The translations under genes and the position numbers were made by a program. A stretch of 64,000 nt of DNA, from the NCBI GenBank assembly GCA_904063045.1, contig CAJFCJ010000003.1:1116001-1180000 (forward strand), given 5' to 3'. Below the pieces are notes generated by a model. It was not told the DNA's origin. It saw nothing but the letters and a program-made list of their open reading frames with translations, and searched no databases. Shown here piece by piece: positions 35,864 to 49,620 of the stretch; position 1 is the stretch's first letter; each line of letters begins with the position of its first letter. Source of the DNA: Dimorphilus gyrociliatus (taxonomy: Eukaryota; Animalia; Annelida).

Positions 35864-37630
35864 GAGCGAGGATGCGCAAGCGTCTATAATCTCCACATAA
35901 AACATCAGAGGATTTCTATAACTTCTATTCAATACTTTGTTCGATGACAATGCGTAATCTCGCCTGTTCGATTTCTTTTTTAATTCGAATGTACGTATAC
36001 GCATTGTGGAATAGATAATACATGCGCATAGTGCACAATGCATATAGAATATAGATTATATCATCGGGTCGTCTATTGCAGTAGTGTATGTACTAGAAAA
36101 AATATTCATACAAGATTTATACAAGCGTGTGCGTGTTAAAAGGAAAAAGAAAAGTGAATATTCCGCTCCGGATTGAACGCTATTGTTCGTTCAATTTCCG
36201 ATCGTATCGATACGTTGGCAGTTCGCTTAGTTACTGCACGCTTCTCGGATTTAATTATTAATCGTATTTGTTTATTTATTTTTTTTTCTTTATTGACATC
36301 AACGCCACCAAGCGTTCGAACGGGGATTGTGAATAGGAATTTTTTTCCATTCTTTTTTTCTCAGCATCGCTCTTCCTTTTTTTTCTTGTGTAGCCTTCAC
36401 CTCTAACTTTGACTTTTGCTTTTAATTAACCCTTAACTGGGCATTGGAGAACTGAAAATGGGATAATTATCTAATCACAATGCTTACCGAATAATTAAAG
36501 AGTTGTTTGTTTTGCCTAACGTACTAAAAAATATCTATAAAACGTTAATTGAAGTGATTGAATGAATAAAATGTAAAAAGTAATACATAATTAACAAAGA
36601 ATACATCTTACTCTAACGCCTTCTGGTGTTAGGCTTATTCAAATTTTTTTTTATCAAAATCCATTAACATGCAGTATTCTATGCTTTAGTTGATCAATAA
36701 TGACATAAAAGCCATTGAATTCGTCACTCTACCCAAATAATTGGGTATGTTAGAAAAAAAAAATAAAAAGCGAGTAGGAATTGAAATTTCTAATAGCTTT
36801 TAGCCTACTTGCTAACGAAAAAAAATCGCTTTCCAGATAGTCCATTATTGTCAGTACAATAGACTAAAATATCTATGAAATAACTAAAGATCGTCCTTTA
36901 ATACCCGATTATTATATATTCAATTTTCTAAATAATTTATCCTCTTTATGTTGCCTACAAAACACTTAGATACTACTTATAATTACAGACTCTATATTTA
37001 CATAGGACGGCTTAAATATTATAAGTATATAATATTAGGGTAAAATACGTAATTATTTGCGGCGTTCGTATTGCGTTATTAAATGCTTATATAATAAGAT
37101 AATTGTAACGGGCGACACTAATGAATTACGAAAAATAGCGTGTTTAACTCAAATTTTTTCCATAACGCTCATAAATTCCTAAACCATCTGCCGTATTTTG
37201 GTACACTCAAGAGAATGGAAATGTTCATTCAGCTTTCATCATAATAAAATAATTGACAATAAGTTGATTAGATAATTGGTATGTTTTACGCAAACTTCTT
37301 TTATATATGGATTCGTAAATTTTGTATGTATATGTATCTATCAATATACGGTTATATCATCATTTGATATACTGTATATATATTTAGCCTATAATACTAT
37401 TAGAATAGATTTCTTTCTTTAACTTGTTAATAAAGTACTCAAATTTTCTCGTTGATTAATACTCAGCTAGCCACGTAAACTCTTTTTATACTGTTTTTAT
37501 TGTTATTTACACAAAACCGGTAGTTACTTCCGGTTATTTGGTTGAACAAATGTGAAATTAACCACGTGATAAGAGTCTAAATATAGCTTCTGCATAGAAA
37601 TTTTAAAATAAATTGTATATATATATATCC

Positions 37631-37672
<42 letters not shown>

Positions 37673-37993
37673 AAGTGTTTATATATATATTTATATATTC
37701 TTTAGAAAAGAGCAAGATAAAAAATGTCGCTCCCTTTCAAGATATAACAGTGCGTGACTGTTGAATTGAAGCTCGCGTTCAATTCTCGCCTTACATAATA
37801 TAAGGCCGTGATCGATGGGTGACGAGGCTCATTGTCATTATAGAATGGGAGGTAAATAGGAGGTGAAAGGTGTGCGTGTCTGCGCTTTCTATGGTGGGCA
37901 AGGGTTTGGTAAGTCCAAGGAAGTAGACGATTGTTCAGACAACTTCAAAGATTATTGAATAAGAGACTTAGATAAAATAGAATAGTCATTTTA

Positions 37994-38010
37994 TCAATAG
38001 GTGGCGCCAG
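37994..38010 (+). promoter_or_regulatory. CTCF-like motif (forward)
   Basis: TCAATAGGTGGCGCCAG; strong 3' half, mismatches in the 5' half. Confidence 0.4.
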
Positions 38011-38830
38011 TGTCGACGCACGTGCCGTCGACGCGTGTGGCATTTGGTTTAGTGAAAGCGAATTGGAAGGGGGCGTCAACGACGCTCTTCATTTAAGGTA
38101 TTTTTTTATTAGATTCTAGTTATTGTTTTTTATTTGTTAAATCGTATAAGTCTTCTTGTTAACGCTCATTTAGAAATGATAAAAAACGCTATGCATTTTA
38201 AGAAACTATATCGGATATCTCACACTTTTTTGTTGTGTTGTTACAAAAAACGATCTATAATTGTTTTTGAGCGTCTCTCTGGGGCGTTTCCCCCAAATTA
38301 CGATCAACGTGAGAGGTGACGCGATAATCACCGTTACACGTCAACACGTGTCCCAAGGGCGCGTCTATTACACAACAGATTACGATCATGTGTTTCTTTC
38401 TCTTCAATACGTCTCTTCCTTTCCGATATTTTAATCATATTAAATATTTAGAAAAAGAGAGACAGATGGATTTTTTTTCTTAAACTTTAAGTTCTCTCTT
38501 CTATATCGTAACCTCTTCTTACAAACCCGCCGGCGTACTGTATCGCCCTTTTAATTTTCTCTTTCTTTTTTGAAAAGAAGCCCTTTACCGTAATTTTTTT
38601 TCTACTTTTTTTTGTCTTCTTAAAGAATGCAGTTATTTAAAGTTAATTCATTGTAAAGCAAATTTCTGTCAATCACGTGACCTTTAGTTTATTAGACTTA
38701 TGACGTCACAACAGACTTTAGTCTCTTTATTGGAAAACTTTTTTTAAAGGAAGGGCAATGAAATCTATTTCTTTGAAAACGTATTGTTTTCTTTTAGTAT
38801 ATTATAAAACATGTCTAGCTGCATAAAAAG

Positions 38831-38861
<31 letters not shown>

Positions 38862-39552
38862 ATTTGTAATCTATTCGTATGTAGGCATATAACTCAGGTT
38901 TATTGTATTTTTTGTTGGGTTTTTTGAGGTATAGATGTTTGTATTATCTATTTTTCAATGTATTCGAAATAATTTGTACTAAAAGAAATCTTACTTCAGA
39001 CATTAAGGCCAAAATAGTTCTATGTAAAACTATAAAGGAAAGATAATACTAATAAATAATAGAAATAAAAAAAAACGCCGCCTAGACGCTAGGAAATATT
39101 ATAACGACGTCTTGAAAATGAATGTCTAGTCCGCAGCGGACAAAAGGGGCGGCAGACAATAGTCGTATTGTTTCTATTGTTCGCCTATCTTTTGAGTAAG
39201 ATGAAAAGGCAAGTGATGTCATTCGCTTGTCATCTTTCTGGCGAATGAGGAGGGCGAGACACCTTTTTAGAAAAAACGTTTCCTTTTCCAACCGTCAACT
39301 CGATCTTTCTTTTATCTGTTGTAACGCTCGATTTACTAACGCTTTCGACCTCTTGTAGCCCTCTCCTCTACTTTACTTTTACCCTCTTTATATATACAAA
39401 ATCTACTCTACTCTCTCTCGTTCGTCTCTCTTCCCTCTAACCCTTGTCAATTGAACATTCTCCTTTCCCTCGTTTATCCCAGTCTTGTCGTTTTAATCTG
39501 TCCTTTTATCATTTCACTCTTTCTTCCCTCTCTGTTCCTTTTCCTCTTCCTT

Positions 39553-39585
<33 letters not shown>

Positions 39586-41207
39586 GTTTATTTTTATTGC
39601 CTTTGGAGATATAGCAGTGCCTCTATTGACTATTGTTGAAAATACGCTTCTTTCATATTGCTGAAAAGCAAATGTTTGAGTTGATTTTAAAATGAGAAGA
39701 GTAGGCGCGGCTGTGGTGTAGGGATTGGAGTTGTTGTACGAAATCCATTCAAAACTTGTATATATAAATACATATATTTATAGAAATATTAATCTATTTT
39801 TAGATGTTTTATTTACATTATGCAACATCCTCTTAAAATTTAGTCATTCTATCTAAACTTTTATTTATATTGCATACAATTATAGAATACATTTAGGGCT
39901 TTTGTATATCTTTTTTTCTATAAATTCGAATAAAAGGGAGATATAGGGAAGAGAAGGAGAAAAGGAGATGAGAGAAAGGCAATTGCGAAAGAGAAACGTA
40001 TGTAGATGTAGACGACAAAATAGAAATAAGCGAGTAAAAAAAAAGATACACAAACGGATAGATAGTTCGATAGGCGGACAGAAATAGTAAAGTAAAGAAG
40101 GAAAACAGATTTGTTCTTCTTTAAAGAATTATTAGCCATTCTATCTCTGCCGCTTTAGGGGACGCTATTAATAAAATGAACGAAAGGAAGTGAAAATGTA
40201 GAAAATGGAGGAAACAAAGAAATGAAGTCTTTTATAATTTTTGTAGAATTCTTAAAACTTTATTGTTATTAACTGCATGATGAATTATTACTGTAGGCGG
40301 TAATAATAATAATGAGTAATATTTCATCCTTTCTCTACTGATTTTTCTCATTCTTTTGTTTCCTTTTCCTATTCATTCTTCTTTTCTTCTTCCTTTTTTT
40401 CACTCTCCCTCTTCCATTCCTTAAACCTCATATGTCTTTTCTTAGATCAATCGTCTATACCCCCCTATTAGAGAGTAACCTTTTCAAGAGCCAAACAATT
40501 TTTCACGCTCTAAAGAAGCTTTAAATGCAAAAAAGAAAAAAGATAAAAGATTTTGAAAAGGCTAGAGATAGACTTCTAAAGTTCATTTACGCCCTCTATT
40601 GTTCAGTATTGGAATCCAGTCGAAAAGTTTCTTCTCACGATGTGTGTATATCGTAATAAATGCATTTTTAAATAAGACGACTGAATAAAGTAATTGAATT
40701 TTTTATAAATTAGAGACTAAGATAATAGGTATTGGTTGTTTATAATCCTTTATAAGTTTTATAATTCAAATTAACATATTATTGAATAATTTAATTACTT
40801 AAAAAAGTTAGATTACAAGGTTGAAACAGTAGAAAATTGATCGATTTTAACTACTTAAATAATGTAAATAGTTACTTAAATAAAGATAAAGAAGAAAGCA
40901 CAACATATATTAATGATAAAGATAACATTTATAAACTAGAAAATCTGTACTCGAAGTAATTGCCGATTGTTTGTCAAGGTTTTCATAACATTACCTATAT
41001 AATATTCATGAAGTTATAAAAGCTTCTTAGACTTGGGTGAGTCAATTAAGAAATCCATATCTGGTATAAAGGAATAATTTATTTTGTATTCTTACAAGCA
41101 TTTACATATCGTTTTAGTTTCATTGAATTTCTTTCCTTTGATATGTTGAAAAACAAAATAATAATAATAATAATGTAATCTTTGTTCAAATATATACTTA
41201 TTTCTAG

Positions 41208-41235
41208 TTCTTCTTCTTCTTCTTCTTCTTCTTCT
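41208..41235. repeat. (TTC)n microsatellite
   Basis: About 9 TTC units visible. Confidence 0.9.
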
Positions 41236-41499
41236 CCTTCTCTTTTCACTCATTCATTCATTCACTTTCTTTCTTTCAATTAAAACCCGTTTTTTTTCTT
41301 TCTCTCTCTCGCTCTCTCGCCCTTTTTAATGATTGCTATTATCAATATCATATTATTGTATTCTTTTGTTCAAAAAGAAATAAATAGAGAGGAGAGAATT
41401 GCGAAGGAATTTGGTGTAGTGACAGAAGAACAACGGAATATGGGAGAAGGGAGGGAATAGAGGGGGGGTAGAAAAGTAAAAGAGTGAGAATCTATATCG

Positions 41500-41538
<39 letters not shown>

Positions 41539-44500
41539 AGAGAGAGAGAGTATAATCGGTTGTTACCAGGTTTATTTAATCAGTCGTTATTTTTCAAGTA
41601 TAATCTATACACGAAAGAATTATTTGCAAAGAGATAGAGATATTGAAGGTGAGGATAGATGAGAGATTTAAAGAGAGAGAGAAAGCTATTTTCCACATAT
41701 ATTCGCATAAACAGATATTTTCACTCTCTTTTCAACAGGAAGGAAATAAATATTATATGAGAGTATTTACAAAGGAACTAGTAAAAATGAAAAGTAACAG
41801 AGAGAGAGAAAGGGAGTAGAGGGGAAAGGAAAAGTTGTACTTGACTTTTCCACTTTTCTGCTCTTCTACACTTTTTGTCTAGTACTAGAGAAACGTTGAG
41901 CGTCTATAGCTGAAAAGTAAATGTTTGCCGAGCGGTTTGCCTTTAATGTATAGAAATAATAAAGAAAGGGAAAATCGAGAGCGAGGGCGATTGACTACAG
42001 CAGAATGTTCATTTGTTTCAGTCACGTCGCCCACAGAGAACACTATGCTATATGCAAACTTGAGGTCTTTTCACGCTCTAAAAGCCATTGTATTCCATAC
42101 AATACAACAACAATGCGCTGCATTTTTATCTTCTACAAATACGATGCTTGGCTTAATGAAGAGTTCTTTGATTTTTTTTAATTACATTCTCTTCTCCGCC
42201 TCTTTTTTATATCTAGTTTCTCTTTCTCCCTGTATCTCTTTATCTCTTTTTATATTTTTTATCAATCTTCATCTATAAGCTGCACTCTTTCAGTATTTCT
42301 TCTCTCTCCCCTCCGTCCCCTCCCCTGTCTGTCTGTCTGTCTCTCTCCCTCTGTCTCTCTTTCTTCTTTTCTCTTCTCGTCATTCTTTCATTTATTCTTT
42401 TTGATAATAAATTTTTTTATTGTCTTAAAACTATGAAGTGCATCTTCTACTTGATTGGTCTTATTTTTTTTGACTTGTCATAATATTTTATTTTAATTAG
42501 TGCTAAAATCTTTGTTTAGTTTCTTCTCATTTTAATTTGCTTTAGTAAATTTAGTATTCGTGCTTTGTGAATGAAAAAATGTTTTACCTTCCTCTGCCCC
42601 TCCCATCCTATTTTTTGTTTAATTAGAAACACAAAATACTAAACTAGCTATTTAAAAATAAAATAAAAATGTTGATAGTCTTCTTTTCTTTTATTCTTTG
42701 TGTTTTATATGTTTTATATACATTATTTATATTTAAATTATGTAATATATATATATATATATATGTATATTTGTGTGCATAGTCCTTATATGCAAGTTGT
42801 TTTCTAGACGCCTCCATAAAGATTCTATTCTATAGGCGTTTAGTGAAGATCTTTTCTCGGCAAATTAGATGTCAAAAACACATTTAAATCTATTTTTAAA
42901 CATTTACTATTTAAAAAAAGTTGTAGGAGAGAGAGAGAGATAGAGAAAGATAGAAAAATAGAAAGAGAGAGTGAGTGATATGGCAATAAAAGTAAATTAT
43001 ATATATTTATAAATATATATAATTATACATTTTGAATGGTTTTATTAATAATTTTGGAATTAACTTTTATATTGTGAATATTTAATTATTTGAAGATAAA
43101 AATGTAGAAAAGAATGTAGGAATTAAGGATAAAGTATCCATATTTCGCTATAGTTTGACCTAACAAATAAAGAGGTCACCAATCGGACGCTTATAGAATT
43201 CTATTGGCCTGATTTCAACTTTTCTCTCCAAACTTAAAATAGACTTTGATTGAATGAAAACTGTGAAATATAGAAAAAATTTCTCTTTTTAATTGTTGGA
43301 TATTATTTTTTTTTTAAAAAAAAAAAGACAAAGCTATTGTAATAAATAGAAATGTATTTAAAATAGAAATGATTAAAACTAGTTAATTAACCTTGTTTAT
43401 TAACCATTGAGAAAATTATATATATATTATAGAGAAGTAGATATAAACGATTTTTTCTCATAGAGTAATGATGTATTTTCTTTCTCTTTTATTTTCAACT
43501 TTCCTTCCCTCTTCCCCATTTATATTCATCCTCTTCTCTCTCCTTCTTTAAATACTTCCTTCGAGTTTATGGATGAGAATTCATTGAAAATTTACCAATT
43601 CTCTTCATTTTCTTTGATTGTTGATTGAAAAAGGGACTCGAAAGGTTTTTGTGAAAAAGTTTTATAGGAATTGGGGGCGTGAAGAGAGGTTAAAGAGGGA
43701 CACCTTGAGGAAACGATAAAAAGGGAAGAATTAACCCCCCTCCACCGCTATATTCCCGCAATTCTTTTCATTTTATTTCTGTTTTTTATATAGAACCATG
43801 TAAGCATGATAAAGTATAGACGTATTTCCAAGTATTCGTTTAACATCTATAGCTACTCTTTACAGTATGCTATATCTACAAAGTATTTATAAACACGTAT
43901 ATTTTTCAATTTTATTATATTTCATTTTTTTTTCATTCGAAAACCTACAGCATGCAGCCGCGCTTTGTCTTTCCATTGAAAAGCGCTTTTTGAATAGCCA
44001 GGCATTCAATTCGAATTGTATGCGTTCCGTATTTACGACACGAGTCATGTTATAGTGTTCATTATGAGGCGAATGAATTGCCATTCTTTTACCGTTTTGT
44101 TCAGCTTTAGAACGCGTTTTGAATGCGAGCAGATTTTGTTCGCGTTTTTATTCTTCTGCGTTTTTTTTTTTTTTTGTATACACGGGAATATTCTATACTC
44201 TCGCCGGTCAGTTTTCGTTCCGACGCCGAACTGTACGGGCTCCTTCTTCTTCTAACTTCTTCATTCTTCCCTTCAAACAACCTACTTATTATTCTTTTTT
44301 TCCTGTTGATTATCACCAGATACTATTCTTAGAAAAACGTTCATCTATTATTGAATTAATCAACGGTGTACTTTTGTTTTCTTTGCATTGTTTACATTAA
44401 AAAAAACTTGGTTTATTATAGCCAAAAAAGGTACTTGACTCATTTTTTGTTTTTTTTATTCATTTATTACTATTATCATTATTTCACTTTATTATTCAAG

Positions 44501-44874
44501 CTTCATAAAGCTTTAATAGACCCTCGCTGAGGTGTTTTTTTTCCTTATCTTTCTCTATTCTGTACTCTCTCTTCCTATGTCTCTCTATCTGTCTCATTTA
44601 TAGCAGTTGTATACTCATACATATGCGCATACACAGACCACACACACACACACATAAGCACACAAAATACATGGCAATGCACACATACAGTTAAACACGA
44701 AACCGATAAAGATATCGTAACATACTCTTCTATCTCTTCCCTTCGACAGTAACAGTTTATCATCAATATATTAATTAGATTTATTAATTATTACTTATTT
44801 ACTTTACAATTACTCTTAGGTTATTGTTTAAAATCGTCACTATTCATTGCTTATTCGTATTTTTTATTTTCCAG

Positions 44875-44920
44875 AACTGGAAAAGGCTCATATTTTAAAG
44901 GTGATATATAAATTGAACAG
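44875..44920 (+). other. Candidate orphan 46-nt exon
   Basis: Acceptor tttttattttccag| and perfect donor CAG|gtaagt; only one frame open (LEKAHILKVIYKLN); partner exons not identified. Confidence 0.4.
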
Positions 44921-45110
44921 GTAAGTTCTTTTACTTTATTCAAGTTCTTTCGTGTATTTTTTCTTCTCATTCTTTTCATTAGAATTGTAGAAAGAGGGTT
45001 TTTTTTTTGAAAAAATTGATTTACTTTGTTATGATTATTATTCTTTTCTCTCTTAGGAATTTTGCTTTAAAACGTATATTCTTGTAACAATAACTATATT
45101 CTTAAGAAAG

Positions 45111-45126
<16 letters not shown>

Positions 45127-45157
<31 letters not shown>
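45127..45157. repeat. (GA)n microsatellite
   Basis: Perfect AG run. Confidence 0.95.
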
Positions 45158-45163
<6 letters not shown>

Positions 45164-46390
45164 ATGAAAGAAAGAGTGAGAAATTTAATAATAATAATTA
45201 CAACTTTTGGTTTTAATCAACAATCAAGATATTGTATTATTTATTAGTTTATTGCTGGTACCGTTAGTTTGTTATAATAGAATATTATAGCGTAAAATTT
45301 AGTGAAATTTCTTTCCTCTTCTCATCGATCGTTTGATATTTTTTTATATTATCGATATTTGATACATCCTCTTTAAGTTGGTTTTTTTTTATTATAATCG
45401 AAATATTAACATTTCTCTATTATTGTTAATATGTGAATAGTATTATAAAATTCTATAATAGCTCAACTGCTTCTACTCTGTAATTTATATTACAAAAAAA
45501 GTGAACAAAGTTTCTATGGCTCTTATAGATAGTAAGAATATATGAATGAACGAGCGAACTAGGGAGTAAAGGAGGGGCTATAGTTTAACATATTTAAAGT
45601 ATATCGAATTCCAATCTATAAAACTTGGGATGAATGAAGAAAGGTAGGAGAGGTCAACAATATGATTAACCTCTGCCTTTAAAGGGAAAAAAGTAACTGT
45701 ACAAAAAGGAGAAAGAGATAATGATAGCAATAATAATAAAATTATAACATAAAAGTATATAAACATAAAAGAAACAACAAAATCTAATAGAGAAAGAAGG
45801 AGAAGAAGAAGGAGAAGAAGAAAGAGAAAAAGAAATTTAAATTTAAATTGAATTTATTACGGGAATAAAAGAGGAAAAGACAAAAAAAGAAAGAAAATGA
45901 ACGTAACAAAAGTAATAAGGAAATAGGTTGTTATTGAGACAATTAGCCAACTGATTATTCCTTTCGATTAAGAAGACTAATATATATCTACTATATTAGA
46001 TATATTTATACATTATACACAGTATATATTTATACAGTAGATATGTGTAATACCAGTTTCCGCTCTCTTAACCTGAATGTCGAAAAGTTTTATGTAAATA
46101 GTCAAGTAGAGAAATACTGAAAAAAAAGAAAGGCGAGAACAAATTTATTTTTCCCTTTATAGAAAATAAAAAGCTGCGGCGTGCGTGCATATAATGAAAT
46201 GTATAAATAGCTTCGCTGGTGCCCTATTATGTGGGCGCTGCTAGTTATTAATTATGTACAGGTTCCTTTGTTGCGTTCTAAACAAATGTCTGTAAATAAT
46301 GTAGTAGGATGGTCATTGAGAGTTTGATTGGAAAAAGAGGAGAGCATATGAGCCTTTAATATGATGCTAACGAAATGTATACTTTTCATA

Positions 46391-46539
46391 TCCGATAGGG
46401 GGCGTTGGGTTTTATTTTCTTTCTTGGTCTTTGGTCTGATTTTGTTTACTTTAAACTAAAGCTCCATCTAGCGGATATTTACTTTATTATAAGATAGAGG
46501 GAGACCTTGTCGTTTTCTATTGTTGTTCCATCTGGTGGA
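46391..46539. promoter_or_regulatory. Cluster of three CTCF-like motifs
   Basis: 46391-46407 + TCCGATAGGGGGCGTTG; 46461-46475 minus TCCGCTAGATGGAGC; 46525-46539 minus TCCACCAGATGGAAC. Confidence 0.45.
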
Positions 46540-49500
46540 TATCGACAGAGTTATTTAAATGAAAGAGCCGGCGGTCATGATTATCTGCGGTCGACTTGCT
46601 TAATCAATGGGGCGTTGGAGTCGGGCGTCGATTAAACAATACGAGCCCTTATCTTTCCACCGCCAAAATCGTTTAGTCGTTTTTCTTTTAGATTACGTCC
46701 TTACGCATCCCAACTTCTATCGGAATATTAAATATAAAGATGATGAATAATGGAAGTAATGACTGTTTGATTCAATTCCATCCGTCCTATATATCCGATG
46801 TACTTCTTCCTTATTTTCTGTCACTCTTTCTCTGCCCTTTTCAATCGACCTTATCAATTTCTTTCTCCTTGAATTCTGCTAAATAAAAACTCGGTCAGAA
46901 AGGGGAGATTACGTTATAAAACGTCATCGCGCTGTCTACCATCCCACCAACCTACCAACAACGCCCCGTTCGTTAGTTGTTTCCTGCGGTCGTGACAGGA
47001 AACCGACGCGTCGGACGACAGCCTTGTATTCTTACATCATCGCTATACGAGATTATTGTTGGTGAATTGTAGACGAATCTGCGTCAAATTCAGTATATTA
47101 TGTAATGTTTTGATTGCTTCTTGTGCCAAAGAGACGATTGTTGAATGCTTAGAGAGATGTATATGATTCTCTTAACCCTAAGCTCTCTCTTTCTTTCCCT
47201 TCTCCCATCTCTCTCTCTCTCCCTTTCTTTCTTTCTTTCTTTCTTTCTATCTTCCCTTTCTTTCCTCCTCTCTTGCTAGCAATCCGAAGCGCTTTGAGTC
47301 TTAAATTGTTGATGATAAAAAGAAGAAGAGAGGGTAGGGGACGGGAAAATTTCGTGTCCCTATTTTTTTCTTGTAAAAGAGAAGAACAAAAAAGATTTTG
47401 TAAAGGAAACATAAAGTGCAGTATGTTACGTATTATTCTTGTATAAGGAGGAAATATTTGAAATTTTTAAGGCACGCTTTCACCCTAAGGCTAACCTTTC
47501 CTCTTTGCCTTCCCAGTCGTAAAAATTGTAATTTTAGCATTTTTTTTAACACTATACCATCAATTGTTAGGGCTACCGAATATAAGTAAATTCTATTACC
47601 TTCCACAAAAATTTATTGACTAAGGGTATTATTTAAAAAAAGTAGGGTTAATAGAACCTACTTTTCAGTAATTTAGACGTCTAGTAACTGGCTTTTTCCT
47701 TTCTAAGAAAATAAAGAAGCCACTATATTTAACCAAACATCCTTTTTAAATATTAAATAGCATAATAATATATAAGATTCTAGCAAAATGGATTAGATTA
47801 ATTCTTTTCTTTTGCTATATTAAGTTGAAGAAGGCAACAATTAAAAATACTGTCTAATTGAGACAGCAAACAGAAATAATTAGTCTTTAAAAGAAGACAA
47901 AATTGAGGGCGTGAAGGAGCATAGAGTGAAAGAATAAATGATTGACAGAGAGACGGAGAGACAGAGAGACAGAGAGAGAGAGAGAGAAAGAGATGGAAGT
48001 AATAGGCAGACGAAATGAGCGAAAGAAGAACTGCGGAAGAGTACGAAAAGTAAAGAAAGTAAAGATAGGGAAAATTAAAATAATATAAAGGTTTACAGTT
48101 TTAACGAGAAGATTAATAGACGATGAAAACGTATGAAAGTTAGCAAGGAGGGCTAAGAGACTAGTAGCCACGGAGGAGAATATTCTTTTTGTCATTCTCA
48201 ACCCATTCTTTCGTATGAAATCTATTGGCAATTGAAGTGGGTTGTTACGCCGATGATTGGACGTGTGTCAGTTTTCTTAGTATGCCGCTGCCTCGTGATT
48301 GCAGCCATCAACAATCGGATTCAATATAAAAATTGTCTATGTAACGAAATATCTGGCGCTCTCTCCCCTTTTCCCTCCCTCTTTCTCTATTTCTTTCTTT
48401 CTATCTTTCGAACTCGTTTCACTTTTTAGTCTCCCCCTTCGTTTCATTCCCATCGCCTATTTATTATTGTGTTTTTGTGCTAAGATGAGAATTTAGTCTC
48501 GACTATAATCCCTCTATATGAATTATTCTTTTCTTCATTTATTAATGAGAGAATAGGATAAGGAAATGATCAAGATATGTACACGTTTTTCTTTTATAAC
48601 CGCCATCTCTCCGTCTATTTTAATTATACGTGTACGTGCGCGATTATTTACATAACCTAAGGGCGTTTCTTGTACGAAAAAATTGGCAGTAACAGTAGAC
48701 GTCGTTCAAGTAGACAGTATTCTTTGTAAATAAACACAAGAAAAGGGAGAAAGAAGCGATTAATTGTAATCGTTCGGAGGATTCGATCATAGTGCAGGTG
48801 TGCAGGACGTCTTCATTATAATACCTGCAACGTGTGTAGAAGGGTGAAAATTGCGTATTTGTTTGGAACGTAACGCCGGTAGTCACCCTAAGGGCTGTGG
48901 GCAATGGGTGAACCTATTATTTTAATTACAGTTGAAATTTTTCGAATATCTCTTATGGTGTTAAGTTATCTAGAGTCTTGGAAGAGGAGGGAATGAGGGA
49001 GGGGAAAGAAGAGAACATAGATGGACTTAGCTTAAAATAGTCTATAGTATACTATAAAGACTTTTCTAACTGAGACTTGAGATGCTGCGTGAGAAAGAGT
49101 ATTGTATCTAGCAGCTTATGCAGTTTGTGTTTTAGTCGATTTCTTTTATAAATAATCATAAATATTATTTGACAAATAATTTCGAAGAAAGACTGGTTTT
49201 TCTCAATGTTTTTAAATTGTAATGCGAAACTATAAAAACAAGGAAAAGTATACCTGGTTTAAGGGATAAAATTGAGAAATACGAGTGCTTTTCTCCTATT
49301 TTTTTTTGGGATTGTTTTGTATTTCGCCATGAACAAAATAGGAAAGAGCATATGCCGTTTATGGAATACTGTCTTTTTTTTTTTCGCAAAAACCTCCCAC
49401 TGGACAATTAGACGCTTCGTATAGATAATCGAAGGAGATAATAGTTTTATCTCTCTCTTACATCACCGCCTATATCGACCACACGGAGCGTCGGTTCTAA

Positions 49501-49577
49501 AAATAAAAGAATAATACTAGAAAAAAAAGGAAGAGAAAAAAAAACAACGAGCAACTAGCTCAAAAGGGTTCGAAGAA

Positions 49578-49620
49578 GACGCCATCTTCCGGCGGAAGCG
49601 GAATCCGGCAGCGCATCCGG
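49578..49620. promoter_or_regulatory. YY1 plus inverted ETS-site cluster, promoter-like
   Basis: CGCCATCTT (YY1) 49580-49588 overlapping CTTCCG-G-CGGAAG 49586-49598 and GCGGAAT; motif match only. Confidence 0.4.

Noticed and set aside
36239-36248. U2 snRNA 5' end (CGCTTCTCGG)
   Set aside because: The match stops after 10 nt; no branch-recognition region or Sm site follows.
46073-46116. 44-nt minus-strand exon candidate
   Set aside because: The donor (GTTAAG) is weak and such pseudo-exons are expected in pyrimidine-tract-rich DNA.
47468-47477. miR-124-like TAAGGCACGC
   Set aside because: Only the first 10 nt match and no convincing precursor hairpin is present.
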